DNA from: a bacterium
Lineage (GTDB): Bacteria > UBA8248
Direction: 5' to 3'
DNA: 64,000 nucleotides
Assembly: GCA_965199855.1 (NCBI GenBank)
Contig: OZ241326.1
Span: 2,912,001 to 2,976,000, forward strand
The notes under the pieces are model-generated. The model was given only the letters and a program-made list of their open reading frames with translations, was not told the DNA's origin and did not search any database. Numbering within the stretch: position 1 is the first letter of the stretch; each line of letters opens with the position of its first letter. The translations under genes and the position numbers were made by a program. This document shows positions 47,124 to 57,431 of this stretch, one piece after another.

Positions 47124-48520
47124 GCGCGCTCTCCTTCGGGCAGGACTTTTTCCACGCGGCAGGACAGTCCGCCTTCCGACAGGCGAAGCCGGATGGATTC
47201 CCTCTCCTTCACGCATCCGGCGCTTTTGATGATGGCGCCGTCGCGCTCTCTGTAGGCCAGGCTGTACCCCCGCGCCAGAACGGCGAGCGGAGACACCAGT
47301 TCGAGCCGTCCCGCGGCGGCGGCGAGCGCGTCCATCCCGCGCTCCATGAACAGCGCGCGCGCCGAACGCAGGCGCTTCGCGCCCTCCGCCAGCCTGAGCA
47401 TGGAAGCCCCGACCTTCTCCCCCGGCGACGCGGCCCGCAGCCTCGGGGCCATCGCGCCCAGGCGCGCCCGCCTCATTCGTCCCTGGTGTCGGGCTTCCCT
47501 GACCACGCGCTCATGGAGGACGTCCACGCGCTGGGCGAGTATCTCGAGGGGGGCTTCCGGCCGCCTGAACGCGGGCTCCTCAAGCAGGCGGGCGAATCCG
47601 GCTTCGAGCGATTTCATCCGCTCCGCCGTCGCCCGGCGCGCCCTTCCCAGCAGGTCGCCCGCGTCCCGGGCGGCGCCCTGCCAGCCTCTGGCCGCGCGCT
47701 CCGCCGCCGCGGTGGGCGTCGCCGCCGCCTCATCGGCCGCCGGGTCGCTGAGGGAGGCGTCAACCTCGTGCCCCACCGCCGAGATGATCGGCGCCGCGCA
47801 CCCGGCGACGGCCCGAACCACCTCCTCCTCGCTGAACGCCCGCAAGTCCTCCCGGCTTCCCCCGCCCCGGCCCATGATGATGAGATCCGCGGGACGCCCC
47901 ATGGCGGCGAGCCCCTCGTCCGCCCTGCGAATCGCCGCCGCGACGGAGGACGCGGCGCCCTCCCCCTGCACCGGCGTGTGGACGAGGAGGAGCTCGACAA
48001 TCGGCGCGCGCTCCCGGAAAACCCGCAGCATGTCCCCGAGAGCGGCGCCCTCCCTGCTCGTCACCAGCGCCACGCGCCGGGGGCGCCCGGGTATCTCCCG
48101 CTTTCGTTCGGGCGCGAAGAGGCCCTCTTTCTCCAGCCGTTCACGCAGCTGGCGAAAAGCGACCTCAAGCGCGCCCTCTCCCAAAGGCTCCATCGAAAGC
48201 GCCGATATCTGAAAGCGGCCGTCCTTCTCATAGAGCGTCACCCGGCAGCGGATCATCACGCGCATCCCCGCTTCCGGCTCGAAGCGCAGAAACCGCCTGC
48301 GGCCCGAAAACATCACGGCGCTTACCCTGGAGGCGGCGTCCTTCAGGTCGAAATAGGAATGCCCCGACGGATAGGTGCGCCAGGAGGAAATTTCCCCCTC
48401 GACCAGAACCTCGCCGAGCTCTCCCTCCAGCAGCGCCTTCGCGCGCGCGTTGAGCTGCGAGACGGTGAGCATCGCAGGCGCCGCCCGGGGCGCGCCGCCG
48501 CCCAGAAGATCCACGTTCAT
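47120..48520 (-). CDS. xseA: Exodeoxyribonuclease VII large subunit
   Basis: TVSQLN, GEIS, SGHSYFDLKD, RGGGSREDL, SAVGHE, TPTAAAE. Confidence 0.95.
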   Translation of the reverse strand: MNVDLLGGGAPRAAPAMLTVSQLNARAKALLEGELGEVLVEGEISSWRTYPSGHSYFDLKDAASRVSAVMFSGRRRFLRFEPEAGMRVMIRCRVTLYEKDGRFQISALSMEPLGEGALEVAFRQLRERLEKEGLFAPERKREIPGRPRRVALVTSREGAALGDMLRVFRERAPIVELLLVHTPVQGEGAASSVAAAIRRADEGLAAMGRPADLIIMGRGGGSREDLRAFSEEEVVRAVAGCAAPIISAVGHEVDASLSDPAADEAAATPTAAAERAARGWQGAARDAGDLLGRARRATAERMKSLEAGFARLLEEPAFRRPEAPLEILAQRVDVLHERVVREARHQGRMRRARLGAMAPRLRAASPGEKVGASMLRLAEGAKRLRSARALFMERGMDALAAAAGRLELVSPLAVLARGYSLAYRERDGAIIKSAGCVKERESIRLRLSEGGLSCRVEKVLPEGERA

Positions 48521-49413
48521 CCCGCCTCCCCCCGCCGGCTCCGCGTTCGGTCCTCCCGCGAGCGAAGGGCGTAGGCGCGCACCGTGTTCCGCATCAGCAT
48601 GGCGACCGTCATCGGCCCCACGCCGCCCGGCACCGGCGTGATGGCGGACGCCTTCTCGCGCAAGGGATCGAAATCGCAATCGCCGACCAGCTCCCCGTCC
48701 ACCCGGCTGATGCCGACGTCCACCACGACCGCCCCCGGCCGAATCATGTCCGCGGTCAGGAATTTGGGCCTTCCCAGAGCGGCCACGACGATATCGGCCT
48801 CCCTCGTGACGGCGGAAACATCCCGGGTCCTGGAATGGCACGCCGTCACCGTCGCGTTCTCATGCAGCATCAGAATGGACAGGGGAAGCCCCACGATCTT
48901 GCTGCGTCCGATGACGACGGCTCTTTTCCCTTCCAGGCCGACGCCGTAGAACTTCAGAATCTCAAGCACGCCGGCGGGCGTGCAGGGCTTGAGAGCGCCC
49001 TGCCTGAGCGCCAGCTTCCCGAAGTTTTCCGGATGAAACACGTCGGCGTCCTTCCCGGGAGACACCGCCCGCAGGATTTCCTCCTCGCCCAAGCCTCCGG
49101 GAAGCGGCAGCTGCACCAGTATCCCGTCCACTCTTTCGTCATGGTTCAATTCTTCGATGAGCGAGAGGAGAGCCTCCTGGCTCGCATTCCCGTCCAGACG
49201 ATGATCGAAGGTTTCGATGCCGAGCTTCAGGGCGGCGCGCCCCTTGATGCGGACATATACCTGGGAGGCGGGGTCTTCTCCCACGAGAACGACGGCGAGG
49301 CCCGGGGGCCTGCCCATCCGGGGAAGCAGCGCGGCGATGGAGGCGCGCAACTCCTCCATCGCCTTCTCCGCCGCGGGTTTGCCTTTCAGGAGCAAGGCCG
49401 GCGCCATCTTCAT
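48517..49413 (-). CDS. folD: Methylenetetrahydrofolate dehydrogenase/cyclohydrolase
   Basis: GILVQLPLP, PCTPAG, GRSKIVG, TPVPGGVGPMT. Confidence 0.97.
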   Translation of the reverse strand: MKMAPALLLKGKPAAEKAMEELRASIAALLPRMGRPPGLAVVLVGEDPASQVYVRIKGRAALKLGIETFDHRLDGNASQEALLSLIEELNHDERVDGILVQLPLPGGLGEEEILRAVSPGKDADVFHPENFGKLALRQGALKPCTPAGVLEILKFYGVGLEGKRAVVIGRSKIVGLPLSILMLHENATVTACHSRTRDVSAVTREADIVVAALGRPKFLTADMIRPGAVVVDVGISRVDGELVGDCDFDPLREKASAITPVPGGVGPMTVAMLMRNTVRAYALRSREDRTRSRRGEAG

Positions 49414-49459
49414 CCTTCGCCGTCGGGAACGCCAGAGGCGGCTCTGTCGCGCCTGGCCG

Positions 49460-50431
49460 CTAGACCACGATTTTTCCGTCTTCGATGATCAGCTGCTCAT
49501 CCGCCCACGCGGTGGGATTGTCGAAAATCATGTCGATGTGGAGCGGGGCGTCAACGACGCCCCCGATGCTCCCGCTGTCGCCCACCGCCATGTGGCAGGT
49601 GCCCCACGTTTTCTTCGCCTCCCGCATCGTCTCCCGGGGCCGGCAGGCCGGATTCGTGCCAATCGCGAATTCGGCCACGTTCTTCGCCAAATCCCCGCTT
49701 TCCTCCAGCAGCGCCCAGAAGCGGTCGGCGGCGGCGCTTCCCGTGATGGACGCCGCCTTTCCGTCCCTGATCTCGATGCGCATGGGCTCGGTGACGAATC
49801 CCAGGTCCTTTCGCTCAATGGAAAAGGGGTTCACCATCACGCCGTTGGCCGTTCCCTCCAGGGGGCTCATCGCCGCCTCGCCGTCGGGACACGCCGCGAA
49901 TTCCCCGGGGCCTCTCGCCACGCCGACGAGGGGAAAGCAGGTTCTCCCCTCCAGGGAGAAGCGCATGTCGCACCCCTCCGGGGTGGTGAACCGGCCCGAT
50001 TTGGCTTCCGTGTATATGTCGGAGATTTTTCGGGTTACGCGCGCCACCTCGTCATAGTCCGCCAGGGCGCCGCCCGCCACCATCATGTCCTCGCGCCATC
50101 CCCACATGTCCAGAACGCGGGCGCCCCGCCTGAGCGCGCTTCTGGCCGTCTCGGTGTGAATCGTGGCGAAGCTGGTCTGGAGAATCGCTACGTCGGAGGC
50201 CGCCATCGCCGCCCCCACGTGAGGCGGCGGGTCTATCCCGCCGTTCAGATGCGGGGGCATGTGCATGACGGAGAGCCTCGCGCCGGCGGCGCTCAAGGCG
50301 TGCGCGAGCGCCTCGGTGATGGAAGCGGGACGATCCGAATCCGTGACGAGGAGCGCCAGCTCGCCCTCCTTCACGTCGAGAACCTGCTCCACGATTCGCC
50401 TCGCGGTAGGCGCCATGTTGAACTTCGTCAT
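49460..50431 (-). CDS. M29-like (thermophilic metalloprotease) aminopeptidase homolog
   Basis: PDGEA, AEFAIGTNP, GTCHMAVG, HID motifs. Confidence 0.75.
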   Translation of the reverse strand: MTKFNMAPTARRIVEQVLDVKEGELALLVTDSDRPASITEALAHALSAAGARLSVMHMPPHLNGGIDPPPHVGAAMAASDVAILQTSFATIHTETARSALRRGARVLDMWGWREDMMVAGGALADYDEVARVTRKISDIYTEAKSGRFTTPEGCDMRFSLEGRTCFPLVGVARGPGEFAACPDGEAAMSPLEGTANGVMVNPFSIERKDLGFVTEPMRIEIRDGKAASITGSAAADRFWALLEESGDLAKNVAEFAIGTNPACRPRETMREAKKTWGTCHMAVGDSGSIGGVVDAPLHIDMIFDNPTAWADEQLIIEDGKIVV

Positions 50432-51099
50432 TCCGTCTCCTCCGCGCGTCGAGGGGCAGGCCGAAGGGGACGCCGCCCCGAACGCAAGTGAAAGCCTCCC
50501 CCGGATTCATCGCATTATATGGGCCGATGCGGCGCGCCCGCAAGAGCGCGGCTTCGCGCGCGGGAGCCGGCCGCGGCGCGGCGCCTCCCCGGGTTGCGAG
50601 AGCGGGGGATTCCCCCTGAAAACCGGGGCGGACGGCGCCCGGGAGACGGGCGCTTCCCCCGGAATCGCGCCCCGGAAACGCTCCACGGAAACGCTCCACG
50701 GAGGAGCCTCGCGCGCATTTGCCCGCAACTGCCCGCATCTGCGGCTTCGGGAGGCGGCCGGGGCGGGTTATATTCCCGATGCGGCGGAAGTGCGCCCCCG
50801 GGGGGAGGGAAAGCGGGCGAACCGGGGGCCGGGCGGGATGGTCAAAGGGATCTCCAAGGGGTGGAAAAAGGCCGGAAAACAGCTCCCTATTTGTCTGTAT
50901 CGGCCTTGAATTTGCCGGATTTTGCAGAAATTCGCCTGTTTTCTCCGGGCGGCGGCATCTCCCGCGCGCCCCGGCCGTCGCCGCCTCGGGAAACCCCCGG
51001 AACGAAGGACGCTTTCGGGCGCGCTGTGCTATCATGGACGAGCGAGGCGGGGGAGCCGCGCGCTTCCCCGATTTTCCCCGAAGCGGAGCCCGACGCGAC

Positions 51100-51792
51100 A
51101 TGAACGCCCTCTCCCGCACCCTCGGCCGCGCCCTCCGGCTGATCCGCAAGGACGTCGCCGCCGTCATGGAGCGCGACCCCGCCTGCAGATCGAAGGCGGA
51201 GGTGATTCTCTGCTACCCCGGGTTTCACGCCGTCTGCCTGCACCGGGCGGCGCACTTCCTCTGGAGGAGGCGCTTCCCGCTCGCCGCGCGCTGGCTGAGC
51301 CACTGCGGCCGCTTCCTCACCGGGGTCGAAATCCATCCGGGCGCCCGAATCGGCGAGGGTATCTTCATCGACCACGGCATGGGGGTCGTCGTCGGGGAGA
51401 CGGCGCGGATCGGGAAGAACTGCACCCTCTATCAGGGGGTGACCCTGGGCGGCGTGAGCCTCAGGAAGGAGAAGAGGCACCCCACGCTGGAGGACGGCGT
51501 GGTCGTCGGCGCGGGCGCGCAGGTGCTGGGGCCGCGCGTCATCGGCGCGGGCAGCCGCGTCGGCGCGAGTTCGGTCGTCATCTCCGACGTGCCCCCCGGC
51601 TGTACGGTCGTGGGCGTCCCCGCCCGCGTCGTCCATCGGGAGGGCGAGGGAAGGGCGGAGGCGCCCTCCTTCGAGCACCACGAGCTGCCCGATCCGGTGG
51701 AGGCGGCCATTCAGGCCCTGCATCAGCGCATCGCGGCCCTCGAAAGCGAGCGGGCGCGGGCGCCGGCCGCGGGAAGGGCGGAGGCGCCATGA
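51100..51792 (+). CDS. cysE: Serine O-acetyltransferase
   Basis: [37 protein letters not shown]. Confidence 0.95.
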   Translation: MNALSRTLGRALRLIRKDVAAVMERDPACRSKAEVILCYPGFHAVCLHRAAHFLWRRRFPLAARWLSHCGRFLTGVEIHPGARIGEGIFIDHGMGVVVGETARIGKNCTLYQGVTLGGVSLRKEKRHPTLEDGVVVGAGAQVLGPRVIGAGSRVGASSVVISDVPPGCTVVGVPARVVHREGEGRAEAPSFEHHELPDPVEAAIQALHQRIAALESERARAPAAGRAEAP

Positions 51793-52961
51793 ACGCCATC
51801 TACATGGACCACAACGCGACCACGCCGGCCCGCCCGGAAGTCCTGGCCGCGATGCGGCCCTATCTCGCCGCGAAATTCGGAAACCCGAACAGCGTCCACC
51901 GATACGGGCGCGAAGCCAGGGCCGCGGTCGAAGACGCGCGGGAGCGCGCGGCGGCGCTCATCGGCGCGGAGGACAGCGAGGAGATCTTCTTCACCTCGGG
52001 CGGAACGGAGAGCGACAACTGGGCACTTCGGGGCGTCGTTTCTGCCGAGGGCGCCGCCGGGAGCCACATCGTCGCCACCCAGGTCGAGCACGAGGCCGTC
52101 CTCGCCGCGTGCCGGACGCTGGAGGCGGAGGGGGCGGAGGTCACCCGCCTGAAGCCCGACGGGGAGGGGCGCGTCTCGGCGGACGACGTGGCCGCGGCGA
52201 TTCGCCCGAACACGAAGCTCGTCTCCGTCATGTGGGGCAACAACGAGGTCGGCGTTCTTCAGCCGATCCACGAAATCGGCGCCGTCTGCCGGGAGCGCGG
52301 GGTCCCGCTCCACACCGACGCCGTCCAGGCACTCGGCAAGGAGGCCATCGACGTTCAGCGGGCGGGCGTGTCCCTGCTCTCCGCCAGCGGCCACAAGATA
52401 AACGGCTGCAAGGGCGCGGGGTTTCTCTACGTCAAAAGGGGAGTCAGGCTCGACCCTCTCGTCCTGGGCGGCGGGCAGGAGCGGAATCTGCGATCCGGCA
52501 CGGAAAACGTGGCCGGCATCGTCGCCATGGGAGAGGCGTGCCGCATAGCGAAGGAGGAGCGCCCGCAGTTCTCGGAGCGTCTTCGCGCCCTGAGGGATCG
52601 CCTGGAGAGCGAGGTCTGCGAGCGCGTTCCCGACGTGCTGGTCAACGGCGATCCGGAGCGCAGGCTTCCCGGAACCTCGAACCTCGGGTTCCTCGGCGCG
52701 GAGGGCGAAACCCTCCTGATTCGCCTCGATCTGGAGGGCATCGCCGTGAGCACCGGCGCCGCGTGCAGCTCGGGCTCCCCGGAGCCCAGCCACGTTCTGC
52801 TGGCGATGGGCCTCCCCAGGGAGGCCGTTCAGGGATCGGTGCGGTTCAGCCTCGGACTCGGAAACTCGGACGAGGACATCGACCGCCTGCTCGAAGTCCT
52901 GCCGGAGGCCGTCGGCAAGGTCCGCGAGATGGCGCCCGGCCCGAAGCCGGCGGGAGCGTGA
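51789..52961 (+). CDS. iscS: Cysteine desulfurase (IscS/NifS type)
   Basis: [33 protein letters not shown]. Confidence 0.93.
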   Translation: MNAIYMDHNATTPARPEVLAAMRPYLAAKFGNPNSVHRYGREARAAVEDARERAAALIGAEDSEEIFFTSGGTESDNWALRGVVSAEGAAGSHIVATQVEHEAVLAACRTLEAEGAEVTRLKPDGEGRVSADDVAAAIRPNTKLVSVMWGNNEVGVLQPIHEIGAVCRERGVPLHTDAVQALGKEAIDVQRAGVSLLSASGHKINGCKGAGFLYVKRGVRLDPLVLGGGQERNLRSGTENVAGIVAMGEACRIAKEERPQFSERLRALRDRLESEVCERVPDVLVNGDPERRLPGTSNLGFLGAEGETLLIRLDLEGIAVSTGAACSSGSPEPSHVLLAMGLPREAVQGSVRFSLGLGNSDEDIDRLLEVLPEAVGKVREMAPGPKPAGA

Positions 52962-53365
52962 GGAGCGCCTTGGCGCCGAGAGACGACTACCACTACAGCG
53001 AGACCGCGCTCGCCCACATAGCGAATCCGCGCAACGTGGGCGTCATCGAGGACGCGGACGCCGAGGGAAGCGGAGCGAACCCCGTCTGCGGCGACGAGGT
53101 GACGCTCTATCTGAAATTCGAGGACGGCGTCGTCTCGGAGGCGAAGATGAAAATCCTGGGCTGCGGGGCGATCACCGCGGCGATGAGCTCGCTGACGGAG
53201 CTGGCGCGCGGCAGGACGGCCGGGGAGCTCGGGCGCATCACGGCGGAGGAGATCGCCGAAAGCGTGGGCGGGCTTCCCTCCCACAAGCGCCACTGCGCCG
53301 CCCTCGCCCGGCGCGTGCTCCAGAACGCCCTCAAATCCGGGGGCGCGGCCCGGCGCCTCCCGTGA
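52958..53365 (+). CDS. iscU: Fe-S cluster scaffold, IscU/NifU N-terminal type
   Basis: NPRNVG, NPVCGD, GCGA, KRHCA; start GTG 52958 or TTG 52970. Confidence 0.88.
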   Translation: MRSALAPRDDYHYSETALAHIANPRNVGVIEDADAEGSGANPVCGDEVTLYLKFEDGVVSEAKMKILGCGAITAAMSSLTELARGRTAGELGRITAEEIAESVGGLPSHKRHCAALARRVLQNALKSGGAARRLP

Positions 53366-53823
53366 GATCGCCCCGGCAGGTGAAAGTCCTGAAGCTCGAG
53401 GGGTTCAGGGGCTGGGGGTTGCGCGACGGGGAGCGCGCCACGCCCGGGCGCATCGGCCTCCTCCAGGCCCGCCTGCTCAAAATCTGCGGGAGCCTTCCCC
53501 GAACGGGCCCCGCCTTCGGCCTCGACCACGGAGAGAAGGGCTACGAGGCCTGCTGGAGGGCGCCCATGGAGCTGCCCGCCCCAGCGGAGCTCCATGAAGC
53601 GGCCGCGCCGGGCGGATGGTATGCCGCGGCGGCCCACCATGGCGGCTACGACGCGATGGGCGACGCCCTGGCGGACGTCCTCGCCCGATGGCTGCCCCAC
53701 AGCGGCTTCGGGCGAGCGGAAGGCCCCGTGGTGTATCTCTACCTGACCGACCCCCGGGAAGCGGCGGAGGCCGACCTCCGGACCGAAATCCGCGTTCCCG
53801 TCGTCCCCGACCCGATTGAATGA
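53362..53823 (+). CDS. GyrI-like small-molecule-binding domain protein
   Basis: GGWYAAAAHHGGY...WLPHSG...YLTDP...LRTEIRVPV. Confidence 0.7.
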   Translation: MRSPRQVKVLKLEGFRGWGLRDGERATPGRIGLLQARLLKICGSLPRTGPAFGLDHGEKGYEACWRAPMELPAPAELHEAAAPGGWYAAAAHHGGYDAMGDALADVLARWLPHSGFGRAEGPVVYLYLTDPREAAEADLRTEIRVPVVPDPIE

Positions 53824-53984
53824 TCGCCTTCATGGACGGCGGCGTTTCCCCGCAGCCCGGAGAGGGGAGGCGGCGCGGCGGCCCACGCCTGGCCGTCGGC
53901 CGTCATGGACGGCGCGAAAGCGGGGCCCGGGCGCGACGGAGGGGCGTTGCGCGCCGTCCCGCCCGCTCCCGACTGTTCAGGCTT

Positions 53985-54311
53985 CTATTTTTTGGACTCG
54001 ACCGGGGGAGGGAGCCTCAGCAGGATAATTTCAAACTTCCTGTCGAACTTTTCGTCCAGCCGCTTTATGTCTTTTCGCACTTCTTTTAGTTCCGCCTTCA
54101 GTTCTTTTTTCACCTCCTCGATTTTCTCCACGACAACGTCTATGCGCCCGTCCATTCTTTTGACTTCAGAGGCGAGCCGAACCCTGACCGGAGCGACCTG
54201 GGCGACAACCACGCTTTCCGTCCAGGCGTAGATTCCGCTCCCGGCGGCTATCAGAAACAGCCCGAACGTCCAGAAGCCCGCGTGTTCCTTTATCCAGGCG
54301 ATTGTTTTCAA
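53985..54311 (-). CDS. Small membrane-anchored coiled-coil hypothetical protein
   Basis: One TM helix followed by heptad-like K/E-rich segment; locally low GC. Confidence 0.6.
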   Translation of the reverse strand: MKTIAWIKEHAGFWTFGLFLIAAGSGIYAWTESVVVAQVAPVRVRLASEVKRMDGRIDVVVEKIEEVKKELKAELKEVRKDIKRLDEKFDRKFEIILLRLPPPVESKK

Positions 54312-54466
54312 TTTCAGACTCCTTCTCCAGCCCCTCGCCCATGGAATATACGGCCTTCCGCCTTATGGAGCAAGAGAGGGCGATTCCCGAAAGAAGCGGG
54401 AGGGAGAAGCGCGGTCGGCGCCCGACAAGCCGCTTCCCCGCCCCTTGTCTCGAGCGAGCCGGCCCC

Positions 54467-57406
54467 TCACGCCTTCGTGATTCGGCACAGCAGGCTTTTC
54501 AGATTCGTCTGATCCGACACCGGGTCCCTCTGCGCGCCGTCCGTCAGGAAGTTCACGGAGCGCCAGGGGTGGTAGGGCTGGCGCTCGCCCCAGCCGATGG
54601 GGATGAACACCGAATCCTCCCGGATGCCCGCGCTCACCCAGGCCATCGCCTCGATGGCGCCGCGCGCCGTCTCGACCCTCACCCTCTCGCCGTCCCCGAT
54701 TCCGAGCGCCTCCGCCTTTCGGGGGTGCAGCTGGCAGTAGAGGTCCGGCCACATCTCCTGCGCCTGCCAGAAATAGTGCGTCCAGCTGTGGAAATGGGGC
54801 GCGGGCGGACGGCCCGTTATCAGCGTCGCCTCGAAGCCCCTGCGGCGCAGCTCCTCGCCCGGGCTCGACTCGTCCGGCTGAACGATGCGGGCGGCGCGCG
54901 AGCCGGTCGGCGCTTTGCTGAAGGGCGAGAGAACCTCCAGGTCGTCGTCCTCGCGCTCGTATTCGAGATGGGGCAGCCGCCATGCGTTCTCCCTCTCGCC
55001 GTAGAACTCCGGCAGCGCGGAGAGGCCGACCCGCGCGAATTTCTCCTCCAGCGCCTCCGTCCAGAACTCGAGCCGCCCGCTCGGGGTGGGGAAGCGCCTG
55101 CCCTCGGGCTGGCCCGCGGCCGTCGTCCCCTCGAGATAGAGCGTCTCCTGCTCGGGGGCGTCCTCGCTCGCCACGGGAAAGCGCACCCAGCGGTAAGGAA
55201 CCGAGTGGAGCCTCTTCTGCGTCACCCCCCGCAGAAAGTCGTTGTCGATGCACATCTCGTCCCAGAACTTTCCGGGATCCTTGTATTCCTCCTTCATCAC
55301 GTCGCCGAAGCCCAGGCGCCTGCCGAGCTCCGTCCATATCCACCCGTCGGGCTTGGCCTCCCCCGGCGGGTCGATCATCTTGTCTATCCACACGATCCGC
55401 CTGTCGTCGTTCGTGCGGCCGGGCTCCCCCTTCTCGATGCCCCCCGCCGCGGGCAGCACGTAGTCCGCGAAGGCCGAGGTCTCGTTCTGGAACAGCTCGA
55501 CGTGGACGATGAGGTCGAGCGCCCGGAAGGCCGCGCGCGCCTCCTCCTGGCCCGGCCACTGCGCCATGGGGTTGTTGCACGCGATGAGGCCCCGGAGGGG
55601 ATACGGCTTCCCCTCGCGCATGGCGTCCAGCCAGCCGGCCGGGCTTCTGCGGACCATCGGCCGCCGAATCTTCGCCCTTCTCTCCTCCGGGGCGTCGGCG
55701 GCGATGGGCGGCCCCGCCGTCATGTTCACGTAGGCACCTCCCCTGCGGCCCCAGTTTCCCGTTATGGCGGCCACGAACATCAGCGCCCGGTTGGCCTGAA
55801 CCGAATTGGAGTGCTGGTTGACGCCCCGGCTCGCGAAGATGACGCAGCCCTCCGCGCGGGCGACCTCCTCCGCCAGCGCGCGGATTTCTCCCGCGGCTAT
55901 CCCCGTCACGCCCTCCGCCCAGTCGGGCGAATACCCCTTCGAGAAGAGGAAGTCGCGCCAGCGCTCCCAGCCGAGAACCCACGCCTCGCAAAACGCCCGG
56001 TCGTGCAGATCCTCCGAGAGGACGTGGTGCGCCATGGCCAGCCCCAGCGCCATGTCGGTGCCCGGGCGGATGGCGAGCCACTTGTCCGCCCTGCTCGCCG
56101 TCGCGGTGCATCGGGGGTCCACCACCACCATCCTCGCGCCGCTGCGGATGCGCCAGTCGTTCACCTTGCCGAAATAGACCGGGCGCGTCTCGGCCTGGTT
56201 GTCCCCGACGTAGAGATACATCCGCGCGCTGCCGATATCCCCGGGCGTGTAGCTGTTTCCGCCGCCGTTGATCCCCTGCGTCACCTCGTAGGCGACCACC
56301 TTGCCCGCCGCGCAGAAGGGGTCCGTCCCCTGGAGGTTGGGGGTTCCCCACATCTGGCTGAACAGCCGCGCGTAGCCCTTCTGGGTGATGAGCCCCGTGC
56401 GGGTTCCCACGAAGAGCGCGAGCGCCTCCGGCCCCCACCGCTCCCTGAGCGCCATGAGCTTCCGCGCTATCTCGTCGAGCGCCTGCTCCCAGCCGACGCG
56501 CTCGAACTCGCCCGCGCCGCGGCGGCCGACCCGCTTGAGGGGATGGAGCAGGCGATGCTCGCTGTGGTGCATCTGAAGCGCGAACTGCGCCTTGGGGCAG
56601 ATCTTCCCGCCCAGGACGGGGTCCTCCTCGTTTCCCGTCACGTTGATGAGCCTCTCGCCCTGGAAGTGAAACTTCGCGCTACAGCAGTTGAAGCAGAAGG
56701 CGCAGCCCCCGGGGACGACCCTGTCCGCCTTGAGGGTCTCCTTCTCGCGCCCGTAGGGAAACCGCGCGCCGCGTCCCTCGAACGCGGCGGCCGCGGAGGG
56801 GGCGTCCGCGAAGCGGGGACGCCCGGAGGGAGGCGCCCCGCCTTCCTCCTTCGCGCCGCCCGGCCGCTCGATTCTTTCCAGATAGATCGTCTGCGGCTTC
56901 AGGAGAAAATGATCGTGATCCCGAAGGCGGCGCCCCTCTCCCTCCGCCTTCGCCAGAAGCGCCTCCCGCTCCCCGAAGGAGATGGCGAAGCCCGGGCAGA
57001 CTTCGGCGCAGGCGGGCGTCCGCCCCTCCTCGCGCCTTTCGGGGCACAGGTCGCACTTCACCGCGTGGTGCCCTTTGGCGTCGTAGCCCATCGCGCTGTA
57101 GGGACACGCCAGGACGCACTCCCCGCAGCCCGTGCAGAGCGCCTCGTCCACCGCCACGACGCCGGTGTCCGCGTCCTTCGATATCGCCTTGGGGTGGACG
57201 GGACAGGCGCGCAGGCAGGCGGGCCGCTCGCAGTGCTGGCAGGTGAGGGTGAGGAAGTCGGGCGCGCCCGTGGAGGCGTCGCCCAGCCAGACCACCTTGT
57301 TGCGGTATTCGCCGGGCCCCAGCCGGTGCTCCTGCTTGCAGGCCGCCTCGCAGCTCTTGCAGCCGAAGCACCGCTCCAGATCCACCATCAGCGCCAGCTG
57401 GCTCAA
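54467..57406 (-). CDS. Molybdopterin (Mo/W-bisPGD) oxidoreductase with fused N-terminal four-cluster ferredoxin
   Basis: N-terminal DmsB/NrfC-like 16-Cys pattern; FS0 CAFCFNCC...CPK; RLLHPLKR, ADYVLPA; C-terminal dinucleotide-binding domain; TTG start with GAGGAG. Confidence 0.92.
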   Translation of the reverse strand: MSQLALMVDLERCFGCKSCEAACKQEHRLGPGEYRNKVVWLGDASTGAPDFLTLTCQHCERPACLRACPVHPKAISKDADTGVVAVDEALCTGCGECVLACPYSAMGYDAKGHHAVKCDLCPERREEGRTPACAEVCPGFAISFGEREALLAKAEGEGRRLRDHDHFLLKPQTIYLERIERPGGAKEEGGAPPSGRPRFADAPSAAAAFEGRGARFPYGREKETLKADRVVPGGCAFCFNCCSAKFHFQGERLINVTGNEEDPVLGGKICPKAQFALQMHHSEHRLLHPLKRVGRRGAGEFERVGWEQALDEIARKLMALRERWGPEALALFVGTRTGLITQKGYARLFSQMWGTPNLQGTDPFCAAGKVVAYEVTQGINGGGNSYTPGDIGSARMYLYVGDNQAETRPVYFGKVNDWRIRSGARMVVVDPRCTATASRADKWLAIRPGTDMALGLAMAHHVLSEDLHDRAFCEAWVLGWERWRDFLFSKGYSPDWAEGVTGIAAGEIRALAEEVARAEGCVIFASRGVNQHSNSVQANRALMFVAAITGNWGRRGGAYVNMTAGPPIAADAPEERRAKIRRPMVRRSPAGWLDAMREGKPYPLRGLIACNNPMAQWPGQEEARAAFRALDLIVHVELFQNETSAFADYVLPAAGGIEKGEPGRTNDDRRIVWIDKMIDPPGEAKPDGWIWTELGRRLGFGDVMKEEYKDPGKFWDEMCIDNDFLRGVTQKRLHSVPYRWVRFPVASEDAPEQETLYLEGTTAAGQPEGRRFPTPSGRLEFWTEALEEKFARVGLSALPEFYGERENAWRLPHLEYEREDDDLEVLSPFSKAPTGSRAARIVQPDESSPGEELRRRGFEATLITGRPPAPHFHSWTHYFWQAQEMWPDLYCQLHPRKAEALGIGDGERVRVETARGAIEAMAWVSAGIREDSVFIPIGWGERQPYHPWRSVNFLTDGAQRDPVSDQTNLKSLLCRITKA

Positions 57407-57431
57407 GAGTCTCTCCTCAAGGGCGCGCGGA

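Noticed and set aside
43108-49413. folD-xseA-xseB-ispA-dxs-tlyA as a novel cluster
   Set aside because: A well-known conserved gene order.
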